DNA of 64,000 bases from NCBI GenBank assembly GCA_038727095.1, contig JAVYWK010000002.1:1-64000 (forward strand), in the 5' to 3' direction. Shown here one piece after another: positions 27,215-38,441 of this stretch. The notes below the pieces were generated by a model. It searched no databases, had not been told where the DNA came from, and saw only the letters and a list, made by a program, of their open reading frames with translations. Made by a program: the position numbers and the translations under genes. The stretch comes from Thermofilaceae archaeon (GTDB lineage Archaea; Thermoproteota; Thermoprotei; Thermofilales; Thermofilaceae). Positions within the stretch are counted from its first letter, which is position 1. The number at the start of each line of letters is the position of its first letter.

Positions 27215-28765
27215 ATGTTGGTGAAGCTGGTAAAAGAGATCAACGTGATCAAGAAATCGTATAGGAAGGGACGCCTCGAAGTCGCGGTAGCCTACCCCTC
27301 CGTCTACGAGGCTGCAGCGAGAAGTTTGTCAGTCCAGATGCTGTATTTCTACTTGAACTCTTTCGATGAGATCTCAGCCGAGAGGTTTGTTCTAAGGAAG
27401 TTAAGGGGCGCGGAGCCCCCAGCTGTTAGCTTGGAGAGCGGACGACCCCTTAGGGATTTCCGGTTGATCGTATTCTCCGTCCACTACGAGCCAGACTACG
27501 TGAACATTGTGAGGCTCCTACTGGCTGGCGGCGTTGATCCTCTCGCCGAGAAGCGTGAGCACGTTGTAGTGGTGGGAGGTCCCCCCGTAATAGCCAACCC
27601 TGAGCCCTTGAGCAGGATAGCTGACGTGCTCGTCGTGGGCGAAATCGAGAGCACGATGCCCATTCTAGTGGAGCAAGCTATTACCTACGCTGGCGATAAG
27701 CGGGCATTTCTCGACAGCTTAAAGCCCGAGCAGGGCTTTTACGTACCTTCAAGGGGGGATGAGCAGGTATCCTTCAATTATCCAGCTGAGCTATCGCTGG
27801 AGTTCCACCCCGCGGCTCAATTCCAGCCCGAAAACGGTAAGTGGCGCAGAACCACGATTATCGAGGTGGCACGGGGATGCTCGCGGCGGTGCCGATTCTG
27901 CATGGAGGGGCACATATTCACTCCGCAGCGCGATCGTCCATTGGGGCAGATCGTGCAGTTAGCGGAAAAGGGTTCCCGATTTAACGGTAGCAACCAATTG
28001 ACGCTTGTAGCGCTCTCCCTGTTCGATCATCGGGAGGCCGATAGGATCCTGGAGGCGCTGATCGAGTCTGGGTATAAGCTCTCCCTCCCATCGCTAAGGA
28101 TCGACACTCTAACCAGGGAGCGGATTGAGCTGCTGGCTAAGAGCGGCCAGAAGATGTTGGTTCTCGCCCCCGAAACGGCGAATGTCGGCCTATCACTGGT
28201 CCTCGGAAAACCCCTGCTCGAGGAGCGCCTGTTTGAAGCGGCGAGAGAGGCTAGGAGAGAGGGCTTCAAATCCCTGAAGCTGTACTTCATGGTTGGTTTG
28301 CCAGGAGAGGGGGACGTGGGGGCTATAGCAGACCTCGTGAAAAGGATTTCCGAGTACAGCGGTTTCCACGGTGAACACGAGCTTAAACTGAGCGTCAGCG
28401 TTTTCGTGCCGAAACCGCAGACTCCGATGCAGTGGTTCGGCATGGAAGACATGAAGACTGTTAGGAGGAAGCTTGAAGCCCTGGTATCGGCGTTGGGGGG
28501 CGTAGCTGACGTGAGACCCTATAAGCCAGCGTGGGCGTACGTGCAGTGCGTCCTATCTAGAGGGGGATCGGAGTTGACGGATATCCTCCTTAAGTGGGCC
28601 TTGCGCGGTGGCGGTCTTCACGGCTGGCGTGAGGCTGCTAGGGAGGCTGGAGTGGACATTGACGCGTATACTCGACCCTTAAGACCCGGTTCGGACATCC
28701 CCTGGGCTAAAGTGAGACTACCAATCCTGCATGAAGCAACCAGCAGAACTCGGATAGTTGATTGA
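27215..28765 (+). CDS. Radical SAM protein with B12-binding-like N-terminal domain (uncharacterised)
   Basis: EVARGCSRRCRFC (CxxxCxxC), SLESGRPL, LPSLR, APET, KLYFMVGLPGE, FVPKPQTP; ATG 27215 follows TTTTAAG at 27189. Confidence 0.9.
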   Translation: MLVKLVKEINVIKKSYRKGRLEVAVAYPSVYEAAARSLSVQMLYFYLNSFDEISAERFVLRKLRGAEPPAVSLESGRPLRDFRLIVFSVHYEPDYVNIVRLLLAGGVDPLAEKREHVVVVGGPPVIANPEPLSRIADVLVVGEIESTMPILVEQAITYAGDKRAFLDSLKPEQGFYVPSRGDEQVSFNYPAELSLEFHPAAQFQPENGKWRRTTIIEVARGCSRRCRFCMEGHIFTPQRDRPLGQIVQLAEKGSRFNGSNQLTLVALSLFDHREADRILEALIESGYKLSLPSLRIDTLTRERIELLAKSGQKMLVLAPETANVGLSLVLGKPLLEERLFEAAREARREGFKSLKLYFMVGLPGEGDVGAIADLVKRISEYSGFHGEHELKLSVSVFVPKPQTPMQWFGMEDMKTVRRKLEALVSALGGVADVRPYKPAWAYVQCVLSRGGSELTDILLKWALRGGGLHGWREAAREAGVDIDAYTRPLRPGSDIPWAKVRLPILHEATSRTRIVD

Positions 28766-28804
28766 CAAAGGCAGCTTAAAAAGGCGGTGTGTGCCCACAG
28801 CCTC

Positions 28805-30535
28805 GTGAGGAGGGCGATTGGACTACTGCTCTTTGCGATCTTCACGCTAGCATCGGTAGTATCGGAAGCTCAGCAGGTTACACTGATAGGTGTTGTAACA
28901 GACGTTGAGGGATCACTACTGGAGGATGCAATCATCGAAGCGTACAGGGATGGATCATTCATCGGCTCTACTAGAACCCTTAAAAACGGCTACTTCTCGC
29001 TCGTGTTGCCAGGCACAGGAACCTATGAGATAGTGGCCTATAAGTGGGGGTACGAGCGAAAATCCCTAAAGCTTGACCTTATGACGACGGGTACAACCAA
29101 CTTGGGCCGCATAACTCTGGATTACGCACTCAGCGTGAACCCAGGGACCACGTATATCGTCGTAGACCAGGGCTCCACGGTGGAGCTACCCTTGATCGTG
29201 TCGAACATAGGCGCTTTCACACTTCTAGTGAACGTAAGCATAGATGCCCCTCCAGAATGGAGCGTAGCGCTTCTGAGCGAGCAGTATATAACCGTAAGGA
29301 ATCTGATGATGAATCCCCGAGACACCAGAGCACTTAAAGTCCGAATACGCGTTCCTGGTCACGCGGAGGGTGCAAACAAGCTCACGCTAGTTTTCAGCTA
29401 CGCTAACGTGACCCAGCGAATACCGTTAACGATTGAGTCACGCTACAGAGACTGGGAACTCGTAATACCGTTTTACAGCGAGGTCACTTCATTTGCCGGC
29501 TCCAAGCTTTCCATCCCGTTAAAGATTGTAAACACCTTGGAGCGGAGCGCCACAATCAATGTCTCGGCAATTCCACCTCGCGGCTGGCTCGCCGGAGTGA
29601 CTATCAACGGCACGCAAGTAACGTCTTTACGCTTAAACCCAGGTGAAAACACTGTGGCTCAGCTAACCGTAACATTACCTGAAAATGTAGAACCAGGGAG
29701 CTACGTAATAGTTCTACAAGCTAAGGCCTTAGATATAGTTTCACGCTCGACGGTTCTCGTTCACATCGAACCAAGCTACGATCGTTTGGAGGTAGAAGCA
29801 CAGTCCCAATTCGTAGTGGCTCAACCCGGTGCTAAAGTGACGATACCTTTACGAATCACTAACGATGGGACGCGTTCTACGGTTGTTAGCTTCGCTGTTG
29901 ATGACCTACCCACGGGTTACAACTGGATCGTAAAGGATGAGTACGAAAACATCCTTTCAGCTATAGTAATTCTTCCCAAAGAATCCCGTAATGTTTTCTT
30001 AACGATAGATATACCTCAGACAGTCTCACCTACAGTAGTAACTTTTATATTTAGTGCTATAGGCACTAACAGCAGTTCAAAGATAGTTTTAGGTATTAAT
30101 ATAATTGGCAAACCATCAATAAATATTATTAATCAGAATTGGGAGATTGAATTAATACCAGGATCATCAACCATATTTCAACTTTTAGTAGAGAATAATG
30201 GTCAAATACCACTAAGGGAGATAAGTATTTCATTAGGTAGTGCACTCTTAGGGAACATGAGAGTGGATGTTGAGCCCACGCGTGTACTAGGCCTTCAACC
30301 GGGGGGCAGGGCGGTGTTCACGTTAACAGTAATCGCCAACGATAATCTCGAGCCGGGCAGGTATCTTATCCCCCTGGTGATTGGCGGTGAGGGTATAAGG
30401 GAGGAGCGGACGTTAGCTGTGAACGTTAGGGTCGGAGGCGGGATCTTCTACTCCGTGCTATCGTTACTCGTGCTTGTACTAGCTCTTCTTGCTTACCTAC
30501 TCACGATAAGGAAGCTGAGAGGGACTGCTCAATGA
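28805..30535 (+). CDS. Cell-surface protein: carboxypeptidase-regulatory-like domain plus tandem NEW3/Ig-like domains, C-terminal TM anchor
   Basis: Signal peptide, GVVTDVEG..L.DA, repeated V.N.G...P.GW...L.PGE units, terminal TM plus basic tail; CTTAAAAA at 28775. Confidence 0.8.
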   Translation: MRRAIGLLLFAIFTLASVVSEAQQVTLIGVVTDVEGSLLEDAIIEAYRDGSFIGSTRTLKNGYFSLVLPGTGTYEIVAYKWGYERKSLKLDLMTTGTTNLGRITLDYALSVNPGTTYIVVDQGSTVELPLIVSNIGAFTLLVNVSIDAPPEWSVALLSEQYITVRNLMMNPRDTRALKVRIRVPGHAEGANKLTLVFSYANVTQRIPLTIESRYRDWELVIPFYSEVTSFAGSKLSIPLKIVNTLERSATINVSAIPPRGWLAGVTINGTQVTSLRLNPGENTVAQLTVTLPENVEPGSYVIVLQAKALDIVSRSTVLVHIEPSYDRLEVEAQSQFVVAQPGAKVTIPLRITNDGTRSTVVSFAVDDLPTGYNWIVKDEYENILSAIVILPKESRNVFLTIDIPQTVSPTVVTFIFSAIGTNSSSKIVLGINIIGKPSINIINQNWEIELIPGSSTIFQLLVENNGQIPLREISISLGSALLGNMRVDVEPTRVLGLQPGGRAVFTLTVIANDNLEPGRYLIPLVIGGEGIREERTLAVNVRVGGGIFYSVLSLLVLVLALLAYLLTIRKLRGTAQ

Positions 30536-31677
30536 ACGGAGAGTTCCACAGCGTTGTGTTATCATTGTTTGCTGGCCTTCAGACAGTCTTCTCACCCTGC
30601 CTCTTCCCAGTTCTACCGGCCTATCTGATTTTTTTAGCCAGGCAGGTAGGCAGCTCTCTAAAGGTTACGCTTGCATTCGTAACGGCATTATCTGCAAGCC
30701 TCTTGGTTTACGCGACTATCGTAGCAAGCGTCGGTCAAGCCCTCCTTATTGCGTTGAGTTTAACGCCCGACACCATCAGTTTCGTTCTTGCAACCCTTTA
30801 CGCCTGTTTGGCATTTATCGAGCTATCCCCAGCTAAACAAATATTCTCCGCTTTCACGTATCGGGGTCTCGAAGTCAAGAAGGTAAGCGTAGCTAGTTCC
30901 GCAATGTTGGGAGCCCTCTTTGCTCTAGCCGCTGCCCCATGTGCTTCGGCTCCGCTTCTGGCTTGGACGGCAATCCTGCTATTACATCCCAATTCGGTGC
31001 TGCCGAGTCTGACAGCGTTTTTGGCCGGCGTAGCAACGCCGTTTATAATCATAGGCGCGCTTGCGCAAAGCATGGGTCAGAGGTTGCATAGAGGACTTGC
31101 TAGGAGTTTCCTGGTAAAGTACAGCTACGAACTTTCAGCCATACTGTTTGCCGCCTTCTCTCTTATAGTACTTCTATCAACCAGCAATCCTCTTTCAATA
31201 ATTGAAAAGTACGTACAGATGTTGAGTACCTTGGTATTAGCCCTTCTTTCACCATTACTGTTCTACGCGGGCATCAACCTGCTCACTTCAGTACCTCGAG
31301 CTGCTAGAGGGGGGTTGCTCATACTAGCCACCTTCCCAATACTAACCGGTATAACCGGTGCCACCAATCTCCTTCTTCGCTCGCAAGTTTTGCCCGTCGT
31401 ATTCAACAAGCTGATCTTCCACTATTTGATCGCATCAATCGGCGTTGTAACGGCAGCTTTATGGCTATTCTTGAGCATTAAAAATGGGGGGCGCGCCAGC
31501 AGGTGGATAGCCCTGAGCGCCTTAGCGCAGACGTTATGCATCATTTTCACCGATCTCTCTATCCTCCTTCCATTTCGCACAGAAGCTTCGCTGAGTCACT
31601 ACCTCCTTTGCATAATTTCTGTGGGGGCAGCTCTCTCGCTATTAACGATACTCGTCCAAGCGAAAAGGTTAGCGTAG
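30532..31677 (+). CDS. CcdA/DsbD-like transmembrane thiol-redox protein with extra C-terminal TM helices
   Basis: Two Pro-Cys motifs (FSPCLFPVLPAYL and AAAPCASAPLL), highly hydrophobic. Confidence 0.82.
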   Translation: MNGEFHSVVLSLFAGLQTVFSPCLFPVLPAYLIFLARQVGSSLKVTLAFVTALSASLLVYATIVASVGQALLIALSLTPDTISFVLATLYACLAFIELSPAKQIFSAFTYRGLEVKKVSVASSAMLGALFALAAAPCASAPLLAWTAILLLHPNSVLPSLTAFLAGVATPFIIIGALAQSMGQRLHRGLARSFLVKYSYELSAILFAAFSLIVLLSTSNPLSIIEKYVQMLSTLVLALLSPLLFYAGINLLTSVPRAARGGLLILATFPILTGITGATNLLLRSQVLPVVFNKLIFHYLIASIGVVTAALWLFLSIKNGGRASRWIALSALAQTLCIIFTDLSILLPFRTEASLSHYLLCIISVGAALSLLTILVQAKRLA

Positions 31678-31684
31678 CTTTCCA

Positions 31685-31957
31685 CTATGGAATGTAGTTT
31701 ACCTCCCTCATCATCTTCTCAATTGCAGAGACGAGTTGGTTACTCCTGTTTAGCACATACCTCTTGGGTCTTTCTCCCAGCGCTTTAACAACACCGATTC
31801 TTTCTAGCCGCTTTAAAACGGCTCCAGCGTTGTAAAGCGCTGCCTGAGACTCGATAGAGTACTTCGTTAGTGGAGTTTGCGCAGTAAATAAGACTCGTAG
31901 AATTCTCAGGGTCTTCCTAGACCCTCTAAAGAGTTCTTCGAGCGGGTGGAGCTCCAT
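31685..31957 (-). CDS. Small winged-helix protein
   Basis: LFRGSRKTLRILRVL...LKRLERIGVVK...YVLN pattern. Confidence 0.7.
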   Translation of the reverse strand: MELHPLEELFRGSRKTLRILRVLFTAQTPLTKYSIESQAALYNAGAVLKRLERIGVVKALGERPKRYVLNRSNQLVSAIEKMMREVNYIP

Positions 31958-31963
31958 AGTTGA

Positions 31964-33001
31964 TCAGGTGAACCATGCTTCCAGCGTGCGTTGCCTAAGG
32001 GTTGATTGGTAGGCTTTTTCCAGCCTCTCGATGGCATTGAGAACCCTTTCTCTAGAGAACTGGTGCTCATCGCATAGGAACTCGATAATCCCATCCTTGT
32101 CGGGAGTGTGCCACGCTACCTCATAGTCGTCTGTGGTTTCCGGCTTAAGGAATATCACCACCACATCAGTTGGCTTAGTGGGGAAGTCCCATCCGACGGC
32201 TTTAGCTATCGTATCGATGTCTGCGAAGTCCTTCACAAGCTTTAGAGCCCTCTTAGGTCCTATACCCTTAACACCTCCGGGGTTGTAGTCGGTACCCATT
32301 AGCAACCCGATGTAGATAAGCTGAACTCTCGAGATGCCGTAGCAATTTAAGAGCTTATCCAGCTCAATCAGCTCTGGCTTTACTTCAACGTACTCGTCGC
32401 GTCGAGGGAGCTTCCTCCTCCCGCTAATAGTCACATTTCTGACGAGCCTCGGCGCACCGTAAAGTAGTGAGTCGTAATCCTGGCTCGCAGCGGCCCAAAC
32501 ATCGCCTTTTACGGCCATGTAGGCGGCTTGCGCCTCGCCATCGGCTGGTGCTTGAACCCAGGGTACGCCCATTAAGCTGAGAAGCTTCTTAGCGTCGTTC
32601 ACCATTGATGTAGTTAAGTACGAAGCTTGTTGAGCGTAAATCCTGGCCTCTTCGAGCTCCCCCCGTTCGAGGGCTTCCATGTACTTCTGCTCAGCCTCCT
32701 TCCTCGCCTTCATTCTGCGCTCCAACTCAGCCGTCTTCAGCTCCGGCGGCTTTCCATCAAAAACGTAGACCGGTTTTACACCCTTCTCAAGCAAATTGAT
32801 AGTTCGATAGAAAAGACCGTTTAAGTGGCTAGTTACTCTACCGTAGGCATCCATGAGGGGGGTTCCATCCGGCTGCCTGATGGTGGCTAGAAACTGATAG
32901 AGAGCATTATAAGCGTCAAGGGCTAACGCCTTCCCGGAGAGCTTCTCCAATTCGATTTCCACCTTGACGGGGGCTACCAGCTCGCGCAGTTGAACCCCCA
33001 T
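31964..33001 (-). CDS. fen: Flap endonuclease 1
   Basis: [42 protein letters not shown]-terminal PIP box QRTLEAWF. Confidence 0.98.
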   Translation of the reverse strand: MGVQLRELVAPVKVEIELEKLSGKALALDAYNALYQFLATIRQPDGTPLMDAYGRVTSHLNGLFYRTINLLEKGVKPVYVFDGKPPELKTAELERRMKARKEAEQKYMEALERGELEEARIYAQQASYLTTSMVNDAKKLLSLMGVPWVQAPADGEAQAAYMAVKGDVWAAASQDYDSLLYGAPRLVRNVTISGRRKLPRRDEYVEVKPELIELDKLLNCYGISRVQLIYIGLLMGTDYNPGGVKGIGPKRALKLVKDFADIDTIAKAVGWDFPTKPTDVVVIFLKPETTDDYEVAWHTPDKDGIIEFLCDEHQFSRERVLNAIERLEKAYQSTLRQRTLEAWFT

Positions 33002-33124
33002 GCTCCCTCCGTGATGTACGCGATGGTAGCTTAAGAAAATAGCGGTTTGCCCTCACGTATTGTCGAAGCCCACCGTCTCCTGAAAACACCTTAAATTCAA
33101 GCGTACTTCATTAAGTCCCGAAAT

Positions 33125-33358
33125 CTAGCGAGCTTCCGAAGGCGTTCGAACTAGCTGAACCACCCTTCGCGTTCCTTCAACCTTGATGTAGCCCCGTAGC
33201 TCGAGCGTCATTAGGAGCTTGAGAAACTCGCTGCGCGGGAGCTCACCACCTGCGTTCTCGACAGATTTTCTAACACTCTCGTAAAGATCCTTCTCCGTGA
33301 TGGTTCCCTTCTTGAGCAGCTCTACCAGTATTACGTGAAGTATGGAAGTCATACCCAT
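33125..33358 (-). CDS. Small winged-helix-like protein downstream of cdc48
   Basis: 77 aa, ITEKDLYESVRK...EFLKLLMTLELRGYIKV; start abuts the cdc48 stop. Confidence 0.72.
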   Translation of the reverse strand: MGMTSILHVILVELLKKGTITEKDLYESVRKSVENAGGELPRSEFLKLLMTLELRGYIKVEGTRRVVQLVRTPSEAR

Positions 33359-35566
<2,208 letters not shown>

Positions 35567-35615
35567 CTAATTCGATCGGTAAAAGAGCCAGACCTTTTAA
35601 CGTTATCTCGCCGAG

Positions 35616-36023
35616 CTACAGCACGCCAGGGACTCGCCTCTCCTCTCCGCTCTGGGCAACAAGCAAGGGATTAAGCTTACCCTCTTTCGCTAGCTTACCA
35701 AAGTACTCCTTGAACTGGGACGTATGTAAAATGTCTAGTTCGAGCAACTGCTTCATAATCTCCCATGCTTTTCTCTGGACGTCTTCCAGCATTTCACGCG
35801 GCATGTGACCAATGATGTATGGATCTTGGAGCCACCTGTCGAACGCCTCTAGAGTTCTTATCATGTGCCTGAATGCAACGCGTGTAGCTAGTACCAGCTC
35901 TAACCTATCTGCGTCCTTAAGCTGCTCCTCGACTTTAGCCATCGAGGCTAAGATTACTTTCTGAGCTTCAACCCAGTGCTCTAAGCTTGTGAGAAAAGCC
36001 CTCGTTGATGGAAGCTCGCTCAT
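35616..36023 (-). CDS. DUF2153-like conserved archaeal protein
   Basis: ADRLELVLATR.AF.HM.RTL.AFD.WLQDP....HMPREML, HTSQF. Confidence 0.82.
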   Translation of the reverse strand: MSELPSTRAFLTSLEHWVEAQKVILASMAKVEEQLKDADRLELVLATRVAFRHMIRTLEAFDRWLQDPYIIGHMPREMLEDVQRKAWEIMKQLLELDILHTSQFKEYFGKLAKEGKLNPLLVAQSGEERRVPGVL

Positions 36024-36230
36024 ACTCGATCCTAGAAATAGCGCAGCCCAGCCTATTTAACGTTTTGCCCGGATGGTAGTCGAACAGTTTATCGTCACAA
36101 GACATCAAGTTTAGCACCGAAGCTACACGTGAAGCAGTAACGGCTAGTAGAACACGTAACTTTGTTCTAACCTTTACTTACGAAGTACAAAATGTCAACC
36201 ATTCTAAAATCGAGCAGCGTAGTTTACAGC

Positions 36231-36758
36231 TCATCTACATGAACTCCTGTAGCGCTCAATAGCCTCCTTAATGCGTTTACGCGCTTCTATGCCTCCCATC
36301 CATCCCTCCACTTTCACCCATTTCCCCGGTTCTAACTCCTTGTAATGCTCAAAGAAGTGCTCGATTTTACGCCTCAAAGCCTCGGGTAGTTTTCCGATAT
36401 CGTCCACATCCGAGAAACGGGGGTCTATCTTCGGAGAGGGTACAGCCACTACCTTAGCGTCAGGCCCTTTCTCATCACGAGTGAGGAGGACGCCGACTGG
36501 CCTGCACTTTATCACGGAGCCTGGCAGTAGCGGCTCGTGGCTCAGAATGAGCACATCGACGGGATCTCCATCTTCCTCCAGTGTACCGGGGATGAATCCG
36601 TAGTTAAACGGGTACACCATCGAAGTGTAAAGTATCCTATCTACGAAGAGTACGCCGCTCTCCTTGTCCATCTCATACTTGACGCTACCGCCCTGCGGAA
36701 TTTCGATTACAACGTTCACCTCTTCAGGAGCCTTCTCACCCGGACCAATGGCCTTCAT
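36231..36758 (-). CDS. ppa: Inorganic pyrophosphatase (family I)
   Basis: [35 protein letters not shown]. Confidence 0.98.
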   Translation of the reverse strand: MKAIGPGEKAPEEVNVVIEIPQGGSVKYEMDKESGVLFVDRILYTSMVYPFNYGFIPGTLEEDGDPVDVLILSHEPLLPGSVIKCRPVGVLLTRDEKGPDAKVVAVPSPKIDPRFSDVDDIGKLPEALRRKIEHFFEHYKELEPGKWVKVEGWMGGIEARKRIKEAIERYRSSCR

Positions 36759-36836
36759 CGAGTATCCTTTCCTTGCGTCGTTGAAAAAGTTTCTGCGAAG
36801 CTAGACTGATATAATCTCGAGCTGGAGCATCTAACC

Positions 36837-37241
36837 GTGAGCTGCGTGTTCTGTGAGATCGCAGCTGGGAGAGCCCCTGCGTACATAATCTTTAGGTCAG
36901 CCCGCGTCATTGCTTTTCTGGACAAGTACCCTATACAGAGCGGGCATACGTTAGTAGCTCCTGTCGAGCACTTCAGGGATCTTCTCGAAACGCCTGATGA
37001 TATTCTCTTCGAACTGACGAGGGTCGTTAAGCTGGTAGCCGGCGCCCAAGTGCGCGCCTTAGGTGCTAAAGGTGTTAGAGTAGTGCAGAACAATGGCTCG
37101 GCAGCGGGCCAAGTGATCTTCCACGTACACTTTCACGTCATCCCCTTCTATGGTTTACCGCAAAGAGGAAGAAAAGAGTTGGACTCTTCTGAGGGTGAGA
37201 GGATCGCTCGAACCCTCTCAACGGCACTGGTCAATGCTTAA
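36837..37241 (+). CDS. HIT family nucleotide hydrolase
   Basis: CVFC, GHTLV, AGQVIFHVHFHVIP histidine triad. Confidence 0.95.
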   Translation: MSCVFCEIAAGRAPAYIIFRSARVIAFLDKYPIQSGHTLVAPVEHFRDLLETPDDILFELTRVVKLVAGAQVRALGAKGVRVVQNNGSAAGQVIFHVHFHVIPFYGLPQRGRKELDSSEGERIARTLSTALVNA

Positions 37242-37283
37242 TCGGCGAAACGCTAATTAGGGTTAGGCTCGCACTAATCCTAC

Positions 37284-38441
37284 ATGCTCACTGCGGTCAT
37301 TCTGGCTGGAGGGAAAGGTACTCGCTTGAGACCTTTTACCTACCATAGGCCTAAGCCGCTCATGCCGGTTGCCAATAAAGCCGTTATTGACTACATCCTC
37401 GATATCATCGAGTTTAGCGACGTAGTGGACAGGGTTTACGTCTCGCTCGATTACCTAGGCCACATGATAGCTGAGCACATCAGAGGAGAGCCCCGCTCGG
37501 TCGAGGTTATACCCCTCGTCTATAGTTCGATTGACACAGCTGACTCTGTGCGCAAGCTGCGCCACCTTTTAGATGACGACTTTATAGTCTTGATGGGGGA
37601 CATAATCACCAATTGCGATCTCGCGGCTTTTTGGCGCTTCCATAAGGAGAAGAAAGGCGTAGCTAGCGTGGTGCTAAAAGGTGTAGATAATCCCTGCCAC
37701 TATGGCCTCGCGTTTCTCTCGCGCAACGATAAGATCGAGCTTTTCATGGAGAAGCCGAGAGGCTACGATCTCTATCTAGCCAGTTTAGCTGTCGGACCCC
37801 GGGCGAGGTACACGTATACGAATCTCGCTAACGCTGGCATCTACGCCTTCTCGTACTCCATTCTCGATATTCTAGACGACAACCCCCACCTTCTTGACTT
37901 CGGGCGACACGTCTTCCCCTACCTTGTGGAAGAAGGGTATCCCGTTTACGGTTGGGTCTCCGAACCCTGCTACTGGATCGATGTTGGTACGCCGCCGACC
38001 TACTTCCAGGCGAACGTGGATCTACTTGACGGCCTCGCGTCACCGCTTCGACCAGCAGGAGTGTACAGCCGTGGAATATGGTTCAGTAACCCGAAAAGTG
38101 TCGAAGGGGTTGTTCGGCCACCCGTAGTAATAGGGAGCGAAGTGAGAATTGAAAGAGGATCAGTGGTAGGGCCTTACGCGGTACTCGGCAACTGGGCGGT
38201 TATAGAAGAGGGGGCTGTTATCGAGAGGAGCATTATCATGGATGGGGCTAAAGTAGGGTACGGAGCCCGCATCTACGAGAGCATCGTAGGATCAAGGGTG
38301 GAGGTGGGCAGTGAAACTCTTCTGCATAAGTCAATAATCGAGGATCTTACAAGAGTACCTAGCAGCACAAATATTTTTGACCATATTTTAGTCACCGAGA
38401 AGAGGGGGGCTGCAATTGAGCTTAGAACTCGAGTGGGATGA
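37284..38441 (+). CDS. NDP-sugar pyrophosphorylase with left-handed beta-helix (mannose-1-phosphate guanylyltransferase-like)
   Basis: ILAGGKGTRLRP.T..RPKPL, EKP, DFGRHVFP, WIDVG, hexapeptide repeats. Confidence 0.92.
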   Translation: MLTAVILAGGKGTRLRPFTYHRPKPLMPVANKAVIDYILDIIEFSDVVDRVYVSLDYLGHMIAEHIRGEPRSVEVIPLVYSSIDTADSVRKLRHLLDDDFIVLMGDIITNCDLAAFWRFHKEKKGVASVVLKGVDNPCHYGLAFLSRNDKIELFMEKPRGYDLYLASLAVGPRARYTYTNLANAGIYAFSYSILDILDDNPHLLDFGRHVFPYLVEEGYPVYGWVSEPCYWIDVGTPPTYFQANVDLLDGLASPLRPAGVYSRGIWFSNPKSVEGVVRPPVVIGSEVRIERGSVVGPYAVLGNWAVIEEGAVIERSIIMDGAKVGYGARIYESIVGSRVEVGSETLLHKSIIEDLTRVPSSTNIFDHILVTEKRGAAIELRTRVG

